DNA of 64,000 nucleotides from Alphaproteobacteria bacterium (GCA_045659785.1 JAZRCM010000002.1:68196-132195); one strand, 5' to 3'; positions 10,401-19,325 are shown, numbered from the stretch's first letter. Notes: generated by a model from the sequence alone, not told the origin. Translations and numbers: made by a program.

Positions 10401-11395
10401 TGAAGGACTATGAACGTCACTTGGCAAGCTTTAATACCGTTACGGCCGAAGCAAGTACCGGTGTGGTAGAGATTAATGAATTAATTGCATCACAAAACGA
10501 TAAAATGGTTCACATCTCACAAGATACACGTGCTTTGGTAGATTATTTTAACGGTATATTGAAAGATACCTCAGACCAATTAACCGAAAAAGCCAATATG
10601 GCTCATCAAAAAGTAAAAGGTTTGGGAGATGACTTGAAAGCGTTGGGTATGGAATTGGAAGATGCCGCAAATATCAGCTCCCAATATTTTGAAAAATCAG
10701 GTGATAAATTGCGTGCGACCATTATGGAAATTACAGCTAATGCAGAAAGAATTTCCAATGAACTAAAAGTTTCCGGTGAGAACTTCATGCAGCAATCTTT
10801 ATCTTTAAGCGAAACAACTGATGAAACACTTCATAAAGTTAATTCGGTTATGTCAAACATTAAAGGAAGTATTGATGATTTCAATACCCGTAGCGGCGAA
10901 ATTGTTGCCAATACCAGCAACTTCAACGGTGTATTACAAAAACAAATCGAATTACTTGATATCGGAGCTAAAAAAGCAAGTAAAGATTTGTTAGATATTG
11001 AGAAAAAATATCGTGATGCCAAAGTTGATACATTCTTGAAAAATGCTGCCGGTATTATAGAAAAAATGGAAACATTAGCTATTGATATCAATGCCGTATT
11101 TAATGCCGAAGCCCAAGAAAAACTTTGGAAGAGATATTATGAAGGCGAAACAGATGCATTTGTTCGCTACTTGGCTAAAAATATGACCCGCAAACAAGTT
11201 GTAGCAATTAAAGATGAATTTGAAAGAAATGCAGAATTCAGACGAGATGTTACAGCTTATATGAGCGAATTTGAAAACCTTATCAAAAAAGCTCGCAGTT
11301 GCGAAAAGTCAAGTGTATTACTCTCGGTTATTTCCGGAGCAGATATCGGTAAGATTTATTATATTATTGCTCGTGCTTTGGACAAGTTGAATTAA
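7454..11395 (+). CDS. giant membrane-anchored coiled-coil protein (1314 aa from ATG 7454; the track start at 7412 is TTG)
   Basis: Two N-terminal TM helices (LMIVVGVCWFAIVLIYITQFFGW; GVFLAGVSLPLPIIWLVMAFI, about 7520-7695). Then about 1100 aa that are almost Pro/Cys/Trp-free and rich in E/K/N/S/L/I, with heptad-like spacing. Then a distinct ~110-aa C-terminal domain (LWKRYYEGETDAFVRYL...GKIYYIIARALDKLN). Confidence 0.8.
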   Translation: MNNKVENENFAAEEEKSWFSNNLHRLMIVVGVCWFAIVLIYITQFFGWSNLFLMMPNEFGVFLAGVSLPLPIIWLVMAFIDRERNFKQEAKFLRAYMNQLVYPEEGSAETAKAMADAIRSQVDELQEVTRLAMQQTDTIKKELGERVEDFSNLVQVLDNYSTKSIVELTNGVKTLTQSFDGVTDRAFQTTKELNQCMGEFSEVANHLQNDISGIIKELIPGVQEMKTSADTIQSVAETSTQRILEANENLKNYSSISEENFNKVINKLQSQGQFLEEISEKAINSSQNVGEKVKVITMDIDELLKSQTLHVDEYAASLDENIRDIYKKFAEHGEVLSGEVDKIIARSNVIEESISVQVNDLKNVAEDITTSLDTIETTLKAQFENLDNRSDSAINSIQKVVDAVEEKTEKLKSYTDNANQQTSICADNVEAQHDRIQKLTDAIFENLNGITNRFGENMESVKNTADSVMNQFKTLRDALEEQSEKLSETSNFAVTQSKVAETSLQQQNRHINSSISKIEETKAELKRQIDELSRAANVITEEANDAVSRLKEQLAASVQASTEVVNKTNEINFSLAQGAEKFVAVTEQTLAKVSDLDDVISSQNNKFGTLVSYIDEKTTQVSEALSIHADMVEQAAASSGNKFSEILSAFESQSTMLNSVADNTVGYVSDVVQALDEKAENINLLFKHQQNEFLDVCSKISAHTNNLSASLKEQIASIEESSDRVFAKMSEMEQNIGKHAEDVAEKSTSSIARLGEIDDAIAERNQKLENSINEISGKMAKISSEFGLSVNSFNGILKDMKSNSDTTTSTILLNVDKIKSANNGFNKDVKDFVGQVDNHMNGLNGVIVKLREHAVDIENAFATQKELLADVANNVAAQTRLGEASMSKQHKYMQDIAKEVSDKMKEICNQMNGNIDGIYEKAGKLSFEVNALGERLLSVGEEMSKTSQNSIADIEKVHSILGKSTDSIIATADATTSKMEKIMKDYERHLASFNTVTAEASTGVVEINELIASQNDKMVHISQDTRALVDYFNGILKDTSDQLTEKANMAHQKVKGLGDDLKALGMELEDAANISSQYFEKSGDKLRATIMEITANAERISNELKVSGENFMQQSLSLSETTDETLHKVNSVMSNIKGSIDDFNTRSGEIVANTSNFNGVLQKQIELLDIGAKKASKDLLDIEKKYRDAKVDTFLKNAAGIIEKMETLAIDINAVFNAEAQEKLWKRYYEGETDAFVRYLAKNMTRKQVVAIKDEFERNAEFRRDVTAYMSEFENLIKKARSCEKSSVLLSVISGADIGKIYYIIARALDKLN

Positions 11396-11396
11396 A

Positions 11397-12359
11397 ATGA
11401 AAATTTTGGATTTTGACAGTCAGGTATTTTTAGCTCCAATGGCCGGCATCACGGATAAGCCATTGCGAAATCTGGTTCACTCTTTCGGTGGTGGAAATAT
11501 TGTTTCCGAAATGGTTGCTATCAATGCTTTGGAAAGAAAAAATCCTAAAACTTGTCGAATTGCCGATGTTAGAGATGAACCCTATCCGGTAGTCGTTCAG
11601 TTAGTGGGCGGAGATGCGGAATTGTTTGCAGATTCCGCCCGTTTGGCTGAAGAACTCGGAGCATACAGTATAGATATAAACATGGGCTGTCCGGTAAAAA
11701 AAATCGTCAATAACAATTCAGGTTCAGCCCTAACAAAAGATTTACCCCTTGCCTCAAAAATCATAAAATCCGTAGTTGATGCAACTCCTTTAAAGGTTAG
11801 TGTTAAATTTCGTTTAGGTTGGGATCATGAACATATTAACGTAGTTGATTTTGCCAAAATGTGCGAGGACAGCGGTGCTTCTTATGTTACGGTTCACGGC
11901 AGAACCAGAAGTGATTTTTATTCCGGAACGGCAAATTGGGATTTGATTGCAGATGTAAAATCGGCAGTTAAAATTCCGGTAGTCGGCAACGGCGATATTG
12001 TTGACGGAGCATCGGCAAAAAAAATGATAGATTATACCGGTGTTGATGCGGTTATGGTAGGACGTGCGACTCTTGGTGCTCCTTGGCTTGTTGCACAAAT
12101 TGATAATTATCTGAAAACGGGGATTGAAACACCTGTTGTTGATATAGAAAAAATAAAAGACATATTATTACTCCACATAAAAGGACTGAGGGAATACTAT
12201 GGTGATAAAACAGCCCTCGCCTTATCAAGAAAATATGTTTGTTGGTACTGTAAAGGATTACACGATGCCAAACGTTTTAGAGAACAATATGTGAGAACTA
12301 CCGATTTTGATACTGCTTTTGCAGTTGTTGATGAATATTTTTCGTCTTTAGGAGAATAA
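11397..12359 (+). CDS. dusB: tRNA-dihydrouridine synthase B (NifR3 family)
   Basis: 320 aa. LAPMAGITDKPLRNL, INMGCP, HGRTR and GNGDI motifs of Dus TIM-barrel flavoenzymes. Start lies 1 nt after the stop of the coiled-coil gene. Confidence 0.85.
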   Translation: MKILDFDSQVFLAPMAGITDKPLRNLVHSFGGGNIVSEMVAINALERKNPKTCRIADVRDEPYPVVVQLVGGDAELFADSARLAEELGAYSIDINMGCPVKKIVNNNSGSALTKDLPLASKIIKSVVDATPLKVSVKFRLGWDHEHINVVDFAKMCEDSGASYVTVHGRTRSDFYSGTANWDLIADVKSAVKIPVVGNGDIVDGASAKKMIDYTGVDAVMVGRATLGAPWLVAQIDNYLKTGIETPVVDIEKIKDILLLHIKGLREYYGDKTALALSRKYVCWYCKGLHDAKRFREQYVRTTDFDTAFAVVDEYFSSLGE

Positions 12360-12362
12360 TTT

Positions 12363-13721
12363 ATGAAAATAATTGTTGGTGGAGCCAATAGCATAAGCCG
12401 AAGCATAGTCGGATATTTGAGCCGAGGAAATAATGATATTATCGTTATTGATAACGATGAAAATGCGTTAAATCAAATTGCTCAAGAATGGGATATTCTG
12501 CCAATTCATGGTTTAGTTTCGCACCCTGATATATTGAAAAAGGCCGGAGCATCTAATGCAGATTTGCTTATTGCCGCAACCGACAGCGATGAAATTAATA
12601 TGGTGGCTTGTCAAGCGGCATATACTTTATTTGATATTCCCCGCAGAATTGCCCGTATTGACTCAAGGGTATATTTCAAAGCGGCATGGGGGAATCTGTT
12701 TGATGATAACAGTATTCCGGTTGATTTGGTATTTTCTCCGGAATATGAAATCGCTTCAGCCCTTATGAATGTTTTAAAAATTCCGGGAATGTCTGTCGTA
12801 TATCCTTTAGCTGATAAAAAACTTCAACTTTTATCGTTCCGTATAACCAAAAAATGTCCTTTGGTTCAAATTCCTCTAAGCCATTTAGAGCGGGCTGCTC
12901 CGGACTTAAATATAATGATTATCAGTATTGTTCGCGGCGGAAAAATAATTTACCCTAACGGTGATGATGAATTGCACGGCGGTGATGAAATAAGTTTGCT
13001 TGTAGAAAGTGATAAAGTAGATGATTTAGTTCATGATTTCGGATTAGAACATAAAGCTAATGAAAATATTGTCATTATCGGCGGAAATCAAATTGCTTTA
13101 TATTTAGCGGAAAAGCTTGAAATTGATGACAATATTGTCAGCACAAAAATTATTGATGATGATGTAAAATCAGCCTCATGGCTTGCGGAACATTTGAATC
13201 AAACCGCCGTATTCAGCGGTTCAATTATGAGTGAAGCAATTTTAGAAGAAACAGGCATAGATTCCGCTGATGCCTCCGTTGCCGTAAATATGGAAGATAA
13301 AGATAATTTGATAGCTTCCATGGTCGCTAAAAAGAACGGAGTGGATAATACCATCGCTTTGGTAACGGAACGCAGTGCAAATACTCAAATTATTAACATT
13401 GGCGAAAATATTTTGGTAGACCGTACATCTATCACTATGTCTTCTATCTTAAAGGAACTTCGCAAAGCAAACATCAACAATGCTTGTTCTTTAGGTGCTA
13501 ACTTGGGAGAAGTATGGGATATAACCATACATAATAACTCTACTCTTTCGGGAACAAAAATATCTGAATTACCGATGCCGGCAGAAAGCAGAGTATGCGC
13601 ACTTATCAGAGATAACACCGTTTATTTTGATTTATCGGATAAAGCCATTCAGATAAAAGACAGAATTATATGCTTCTGCTCTCCTTCTGCAATCAAAAAG
13701 ACTGAGAGAATATTTGCATAA
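12363..13721 (+). CDS. trkA: Trk potassium uptake system protein TrkA (double RCK domain)
   Basis: 452 aa with two tandem RCK_N/RCK_C units. ADLLIAATDSDEINMVACQ is typical of TrkA. GGAGAA SD. Confidence 0.8.
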   Translation: MKIIVGGANSISRSIVGYLSRGNNDIIVIDNDENALNQIAQEWDILPIHGLVSHPDILKKAGASNADLLIAATDSDEINMVACQAAYTLFDIPRRIARIDSRVYFKAAWGNLFDDNSIPVDLVFSPEYEIASALMNVLKIPGMSVVYPLADKKLQLLSFRITKKCPLVQIPLSHLERAAPDLNIMIISIVRGGKIIYPNGDDELHGGDEISLLVESDKVDDLVHDFGLEHKANENIVIIGGNQIALYLAEKLEIDDNIVSTKIIDDDVKSASWLAEHLNQTAVFSGSIMSEAILEETGIDSADASVAVNMEDKDNLIASMVAKKNGVDNTIALVTERSANTQIINIGENILVDRTSITMSSILKELRKANINNACSLGANLGEVWDITIHNNSTLSGTKISELPMPAESRVCALIRDNTVYFDLSDKAIQIKDRIICFCSPSAIKKTERIFA

Positions 13722-13803
13722 GACTAAAATCTTTCTTTACTATTAAAAATATGGTATTACAATCAGGGTACAAAAATAACAATAAATAATAAGGAAAAAA
13801 TAA

Positions 13804-14025
13804 ATGTCAGAAAGAAAAGTACAAGAAGATTTCTTGAACGATATCCAAAAAAACGAAATATCCGTAACTGTTTTTTTGATTAATGGTGTTAAATTACAAG
13901 GTGTTATCACTTGGTTTGATGATGCCACGATTTTGTTACGCAGAGACGGCCATACACAACTCATCTACAAACATGCCGTTTCGACAATTATGCCAAGCTC
14001 TGCTGTTGACATTGCAAGCGAATAA
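13804..14025 (+). CDS. hfq: RNA chaperone Hfq
   Basis: 73 aa. Sm1/Sm2 motifs [33 protein letters not shown]...[12 protein letters not shown]. Confidence 0.95.
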   Translation: MSERKVQEDFLNDIQKNEISVTVFLINGVKLQGVITWFDDATILLRRDGHTQLIYKHAVSTIMPSSAVDIASE

Positions 14026-14030
14026 GTGCA

Positions 14031-15305
14031 TTGACAGGTTTCGAAAATAAAATAATCAGAACAAAAGCCGGCATTATCTATCCTAATGTCGGCAATTCTG
14101 ATTTATTGCCTGAAGACAGATTAGCCGAAACGAAGGGTTTAGCTGCGGCCATAAGTTTAGATATTCTTTATTCCGAAATCATAAAACTCCGCTCCATCAA
14201 ACCCGGAACTTTTTTCGGAAGCGGTATAATTGAAAAAGTAGCAAATATATGCAAAGAATCGCAATTAGAGCTATTAATAATAGATGCCGATTTAACGCCC
14301 ATACAACAACGAAATTTGGAAAAAGCACTCAATACAAAGATAATTGACCGAACTGCCCTCATTTTAGAAATTTTCGGAGAAAGAGCACAAACTCGTGAAG
14401 GTTGTTTGCAAGTAGAACTTGCTCATTTAACTTATCAACGAAGTCGTTTGGTTCGAAGTTGGACGCACTTGGAACGACAAAGAGGCGGTGCCGGATTTTT
14501 GGGAGGTCCGGGAGAAACACAAATTGAGCTCGACCGTCGTATAATTGACGATAAAATCGTAAAAATCAAAAAAGCTCTTGAGAAAATAAAACAAACTCGC
14601 GGTTTGCAAAGAAGTGCCCGTAAAAAAGTTCCCTACCCCATTGTCGCACTCGTCGGATATACAAACACCGGAAAATCGACATTATTTAATTATTTAACGC
14701 AGGCCAATGTGTTTGCGGAAAATTTGTTGTTTGCAACTCTCGATACGACCATGCGTCGGCTAAAACTTCCGTCCGGCAGAGAAGTTATTTTATCCGATAC
14801 GGTCGGTTTTATCTCTGATTTGCCCCACGAATTGATTATGGCTTTTCGTGCAACATTAGAAGAAGTTCTCGAAGCAGATATTGTTGTTCAGGTTCTTGAT
14901 GCCGCAAATCCGGAAAACAAAAATCAACGCAAAGATGTTTTGGAAGTTTTGCACCATTTAGGACTGGATAAAATTGAACATCAACGCAATTATGTAGAAG
15001 TTTATAACAAAACCGATTTATTGTCGCAAGAAACAATTAATCAACTGAAAAACAATAAAAATATTGTTCTAACTTCAGCAATAAACGGTAGCGGCTGCGA
15101 TAACCTTTTGAGCAAAATCGATAATATTTTGGGCGAAGAGTATAAAACGATAACTATGAGCATAAATGCTTCTGACGGCAAACTTTTGGCTTGGTTGCAT
15201 AAAAACGCAGAAATCATAAAATCTGATTTACAAGAAGACAAATTTTGCATTACCGCCCGTTTGACTGATGCGGATTATTCACGACTTCAAAAACAATTAT
15301 CATAG
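14031..15305 (+). CDS. hflX: GTPase HflX
   Basis: 424 aa. HflX N-domain, G1 GYTNTGKSTLFN, DTVGF, NKTD. Canonical position after hfq. TTG start assumed. Confidence 0.9.
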   Translation: MTGFENKIIRTKAGIIYPNVGNSDLLPEDRLAETKGLAAAISLDILYSEIIKLRSIKPGTFFGSGIIEKVANICKESQLELLIIDADLTPIQQRNLEKALNTKIIDRTALILEIFGERAQTREGCLQVELAHLTYQRSRLVRSWTHLERQRGGAGFLGGPGETQIELDRRIIDDKIVKIKKALEKIKQTRGLQRSARKKVPYPIVALVGYTNTGKSTLFNYLTQANVFAENLLFATLDTTMRRLKLPSGREVILSDTVGFISDLPHELIMAFRATLEEVLEADIVVQVLDAANPENKNQRKDVLEVLHHLGLDKIEHQRNYVEVYNKTDLLSQETINQLKNNKNIVLTSAINGSGCDNLLSKIDNILGEEYKTITMSINASDGKLLAWLHKNAEIIKSDLQEDKFCITARLTDADYSRLQKQLS

Positions 15306-15362
15306 TTGAAAACAAAAATTGAGCATATATATCTTTTCTGTCAGTTTTTAACGGAGGATAAT

Positions 15363-15734
15363 ATGCGTATATTGTTGTTGATATTGATGCTTTCCGCTTG
15401 TTCGACAAGTTCACCGGATATTGTTGAAAAACTAAATGTTATGGTAGGAACTTCGCAAGATAATTTAATTGACAGTTGGGGATTTCCTGATGAAAATTTT
15501 ACGGTCAATCCCGAAACGCAAATATTTACTTATATCGTTTATGCTCCGAAAGGAAAAGAAAATCCCTACTCTAATCAGGTTGTTTATAAAGCAATCGATA
15601 ATAACAATTACGGATTACCGCAATATAACCAAAGTTATTATTGCAAAATATCCTTCATAATCAGAGATAATATCGTTTCGTCATACAACTTCAACGGGGA
15701 TAATTGCGTAGCAGATATACTGCCATTAAATTAA
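15363..15734 (+). CDS. small lipoprotein, function unknown
   Basis: ATG at 15363 preceded by GGAGGA. MRILLLILMLSAC lipobox. The track ORF start at 15306 is an upstream extension. Confidence 0.65.
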   Translation: MRILLLILMLSACSTSSPDIVEKLNVMVGTSQDNLIDSWGFPDENFTVNPETQIFTYIVYAPKGKENPYSNQVVYKAIDNNNYGLPQYNQSYYCKISFIIRDNIVSSYNFNGDNCVADILPLN

Positions 15735-16373
15735 AACACAGCCGAATAAAATGGCGAAAAAGTGCATTATGGTTCCGGATAATACGAAAAAGTGCCAAAT
15801 TGCATGAGTATATTTTTTACTTTTCCATACGTAGAAAAACACCCCCAAAGTATAGCACAATCCTCCGATAATCAAAAAGATTGCGCCAAGTCTTGAGATG
15901 TTGGAAAACAGTGCTTTAGAAGCAAAAATAATCAACCATCCCATAAGCAGATATAAGCCTATTGACCAAACTTTTGTTCCGCTTCCCGATGTAGCAAGTT
16001 TTAAAATTGTTCCGGTCAGTGCCAAGCCCCATATTATCCCGAAAATTGTCCATCCTATTGTTCCCCGTAAGTTCACTAATAAAAACGGGGTATATGTTCC
16101 GGCTATCAAATAATAAATAGCGATATGGTCAAATTTTTTGAGAATTTTTTTGGCTTTTTCATTGGGAATTGCATGATAAAGAGTAGATGCAAGATATAAC
16201 AAAATCATTGAAGAACCGAAAATTGAAGAAGAAACTATTGTCCAAGCATTGCCGTATTTTGAAGCAAAGGATGTTAGAATAGTTAATGCGGCAATTCCTA
16301 ATGCAACACCGATACCATGTATTATGCTGCTCCAAATTTCTTCCTCAAGACTATATCTTCTTATAGTGTTCAT
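15726..16373 (-). CDS. hemolysin III / PAQR family membrane protein
   Basis: 7-TM protein. N-terminus YSLEEEIWSSIIHGIGV and C-terminal HAIWHFFVL match the HlyIII/YqfA pattern. ATG at 16373 chosen over the upstream extension. Confidence 0.8.
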   Translation of the reverse strand: MNTIRRYSLEEEIWSSIIHGIGVALGIAALTILTSFASKYGNAWTIVSSSIFGSSMILLYLASTLYHAIPNEKAKKILKKFDHIAIYYLIAGTYTPFLLVNLRGTIGWTIFGIIWGLALTGTILKLATSGSGTKVWSIGLYLLMGWLIIFASKALFSNISRLGAIFLIIGGLCYTLGVFFYVWKSKKYTHAIWHFFVLSGTIMHFFAILFGCVLI

Positions 16374-16527
16374 ATCTTGCATCCTTATTACAAAATAAAT
16401 TTTTATCACGCATTGTTTTTTTGTAAAGTAGGCACTTTTAGGGCTAATAGTTTCTCAAAAGAAACTATTGATTAATAAAATAATAAATATTGTATTTTAT
16501 ATTTTTCATAAAAAAGAGAGGTGCAAA

Positions 16528-17991
16528 ATGCTTTTAAGTCAAATTTTTCAAGGAATTGAAGTTAAAACATCATATCCGCACGATATAGATGTAAAATCGA
16601 TGGAATTAAATTCTAAAAAGGTAGAAAAAGGCGGTTTATTTATCGCTTTGAGCGGAAAAAAACAAGACGGAAAAAAATATATTCCCGATGCAATCACAAA
16701 AGGAGCTTCGGTTATTGTGTATGACGGAGAATTTGATGTTCCTCAAAATAGTGCGGTTGTTTTTGTAAAAACCGGTGGTGATATGAGAGAAAATATCGCT
16801 AAAATGGCTGCTAATTTTTATCCGCAAATCCCTACCCTTGTATCTGCCATAACCGGCACAAACGGAAAAACTTCCATTGCCGATTTTACACGTCAAATGA
16901 TGAGTATTTTAGGCTATAAATCCGCAAGTATAGGCACTATCGGCGTTGTATCTGATGTTATGGATAATATCGAAACACTAACCACTCCGGACAGCATTAC
17001 TTTGCACCAAATATTAACCGAATTAAAATCGGCCGGTGTTGATTATGTATCTATGGAAGCTTCTTCTGTAGGAATTGAACAATATCGTATGGATAACGTA
17101 AATATAAAAGTTGCCGGTTTTACAAACTTTACTCAAGACCATTTGGACTATCATTTGACAATGGAAAATTATCTTGAGGCAAAAAAACAGTTATTCTCTC
17201 GAATTTTGGAAAGTGACGGAACTGCAGTTTTAAATGCTGATATTAAAGAGTTTGAAGAACTCAAAGACATTTGCGATAAAAGGAATATTAAGGTTATTTC
17301 ATACGGATATAACGGAAACGACATAAAAATTATAAACAGAACCGCTCATGGCGACGGACAAAGCTTATGTCTGGAAATTTTCGGAGAAAAATATGATATA
17401 GAACTTCCGTTAATCGGCGAATTTCAAGCAATGAACGTTTTATGCGCCGTTGGTATGGTTACAGCCCTTAACGGCAAATTTGACGGTAAAATCGTGGATT
17501 ATTTACCAAATATTAAAGGTGCATGCGGAAGACTTGATAAGGTCGGAAAATTGAATAACGGAGCCACGATTTATGTAGATTATGCTCATACTCCCGACGC
17601 TTTAGAAAATGTACTTAAAACCATGCGTTGTCACACACAGAATAAATTGTGGGTTGTTTTCGGTTGTGGCGGAGACAGAGATAAAACCAAAAGACCTATT
17701 ATGGGAGAAATTGCACATAATTTGGCCGATAAAATTATTGTTACCGACGATAATCCCAGAAGTGAAGACGGCGAACAAATTCGTAAGGAAATTATGGAAA
17801 AATGTCCTGAAGCAACCGGTATCGGCGATAGAATTGAAGCTATTGAATATGCTATCTCTCATTTGGGACAAGGTGATATGTTGGTTATTGCCGGAAAAGG
17901 ACACGAAACAGGGCAAAAAATCGGCGACATCGAAATACCGATGAATGATATTGTCGAAGCAAAACGTTTGATAGAGAAATATAATAAATAA
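16528..17991 (+). CDS. murE: UDP-N-acetylmuramoyl-L-alanyl-D-glutamate--2,6-diaminopimelate ligase
   Basis: TGTNGKTS P-loop and Mur ligase middle and C-terminal domains. DDNPRSED (DNPR) motif indicates meso-DAP specificity. GAGAGG SD before ATG 16528. Confidence 0.9.
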   Translation: MLLSQIFQGIEVKTSYPHDIDVKSMELNSKKVEKGGLFIALSGKKQDGKKYIPDAITKGASVIVYDGEFDVPQNSAVVFVKTGGDMRENIAKMAANFYPQIPTLVSAITGTNGKTSIADFTRQMMSILGYKSASIGTIGVVSDVMDNIETLTTPDSITLHQILTELKSAGVDYVSMEASSVGIEQYRMDNVNIKVAGFTNFTQDHLDYHLTMENYLEAKKQLFSRILESDGTAVLNADIKEFEELKDICDKRNIKVISYGYNGNDIKIINRTAHGDGQSLCLEIFGEKYDIELPLIGEFQAMNVLCAVGMVTALNGKFDGKIVDYLPNIKGACGRLDKVGKLNNGATIYVDYAHTPDALENVLKTMRCHTQNKLWVVFGCGGDRDKTKRPIMGEIAHNLADKIIVTDDNPRSEDGEQIRKEIMEKCPEATGIGDRIEAIEYAISHLGQGDMLVIAGKGHETGQKIGDIEIPMNDIVEAKRLIEKYNK

Positions 17992-18012
17992 GCGCTATAA
18001 TCCTACAAACAA

Positions 18013-18052
18013 AAAACTCCGCAAGTTGTTAAAACCTACGGAGTTTTTGTTG
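18013..18052. terminator. bidirectional hairpin terminator between convergent murE and the 200-aa gene
   Basis: aaaaactccg-...-cggagttttt with an A-run and a T-run. Confidence 0.6.
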
Positions 18053-18068
18053 TTTTATCTGACGATTT

Positions 18069-18671
18069 TTATTCGATACAGCAGTCAACTGCTTTACGGA
18101 CAAATGCTTTTATTTTTGAAAAAGTATTTTTTTCTCCTGAAGCGGTAACTTCTTCTTTTACTTCTTCATTTTTTTCTTCTGCAACCTCTACCGGCTGAGT
18201 AAGTTCTTTAGTCAACTTTTTTACATCATCAAAGCTGTCTTCAATCCATTTAACATCTTCAAGATTGAGCAATTTCATATTCAATCCCCAGAATAAGCAG
18301 TAAAGTTCATAAGATTGATCAAAAAGCTTATATGCTTCTTTTTTATGACCTAAACTTTGTTGTTTGGTTCCTACTTCCATCAAACGCATAGAAGCAGACA
18401 ACAAGTGCTTAGAAATACACCAAACTTCTCCCTCATATTCGGGAATAACTTTCAACATAAGATTTTTACGAGTTTCTCTAACCTGCTCTATCAAATCATA
18501 ATATGAACTTTTTCCGGTTTTTGCACCCGAAAACATCAAATGTTCTTCAATGGATATTAAATTCATAATAGCTATGGTCAAATCTTGATCCGAAGACAAA
18601 TCTTTCGGATTTACTTTTTTAGTTGCATCAATTTTTTCTACAAATTCTTTTATTTTGTTTTCTTTTGACAT
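18069..18671 (-). CDS. hypothetical helical protein (200 aa)
   Basis: Long ORF with backbone composition. Predicted all-helical with an acidic tail. 9-nt gap from the upstream membrane-protein gene. No motif recognised. Confidence 0.6.
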   Translation of the reverse strand: MSKENKIKEFVEKIDATKKVNPKDLSSDQDLTIAIMNLISIEEHLMFSGAKTGKSSYYDLIEQVRETRKNLMLKVIPEYEGEVWCISKHLLSASMRLMEVGTKQQSLGHKKEAYKLFDQSYELYCLFWGLNMKLLNLEDVKWIEDSFDDVKKLTKELTQPVEVAEEKNEEVKEEVTASGEKNTFSKIKAFVRKAVDCCIE

Positions 18672-18680
18672 TGCTATCTC

Positions 18681-19211
18681 CTAGAAATTATACAACTCGT
18701 TTGCTTTTTGGCACAACGGATAATAGTTAAAATAAACGCTCAAAAGTGCTAATGCAAGTACGGGAACCGCAACTTTTTCGAACGGGAAATGTGCGTGTCC
18801 GCCATTTTTAGCTTTCATCCATTGATAAAAATTATTCGCTAAAATCAAAGTAACCGCACCAAGTATTACGCTAAACAAAAACGGATCAATGAAAAAGATT
18901 AAAATCGGTTCAGGATTATACACCAATTCTTTAATGTACATAAAACCTATCATCGCAACACTCAAGCTGATGAGCCAAAAATCACGACCGGGAAAATTCC
19001 ATTTTTTCTTATCAAACCAAGCTATTAACCAATATCCGAGAATAGCTAAAAACGCACCGGCCCAAACACCGATAACACTATCATCAACACCAAAATAACG
19101 AGCTATTTCCAGTGAGGCAGCTATCGCAACGGTACAAACCGCGCAAGCCGGATTAGCTAAAACCGGAGTTGAGAAAACCAGTAATAAAGCCAAAGTTATA
19201 AACATAACCAT
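18681..19211 (-). CDS. hypothetical integral membrane protein (about 176 aa, 5 TM)
   Basis: ATG at 19211 preceded by AAAGGA. Signal-like N-terminus ending in a CAVC motif. Co-oriented and nearly abutting the 200-aa gene. Confidence 0.6.
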   Translation of the reverse strand: MVMFITLALLLVFSTPVLANPACAVCTVAIAASLEIARYFGVDDSVIGVWAGAFLAILGYWLIAWFDKKKWNFPGRDFWLISLSVAMIGFMYIKELVYNPEPILIFFIDPFLFSVILGAVTLILANNFYQWMKAKNGGHAHFPFEKVAVPVLALALLSVYFNYYPLCQKANELYNF

Positions 19212-19325
19212 TTTTTGTTTTTCCTTTCTTTGCAAAAAAATTAGTTTTTATATAGCTTATTTACCTTGAAGTTGCAACAAATTTTCTTTTTTTATTCAAA
19301 ACATCGTTTTCGACAAAAAAAACTC

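Noticed and set aside
7582-11091. About a dozen 60-124-aa sense and antisense track ORFs inside the coiled-coil gene.
   Set aside because: They are embedded in a 1314-codon uninterrupted frame, translate to low-complexity strings, and lack SDs. They are artefacts of biased GAA/AAA/AAT-rich codon usage.
18069-18080. C-terminal CCIE of the 200-aa protein as a eukaryotic CaaX prenylation box, which would suggest an effector.
   Set aside because: X = Glu is not a favoured farnesyl- or geranylgeranyl-transferase specificity residue, and a1 = Cys is atypical. No other effector evidence.
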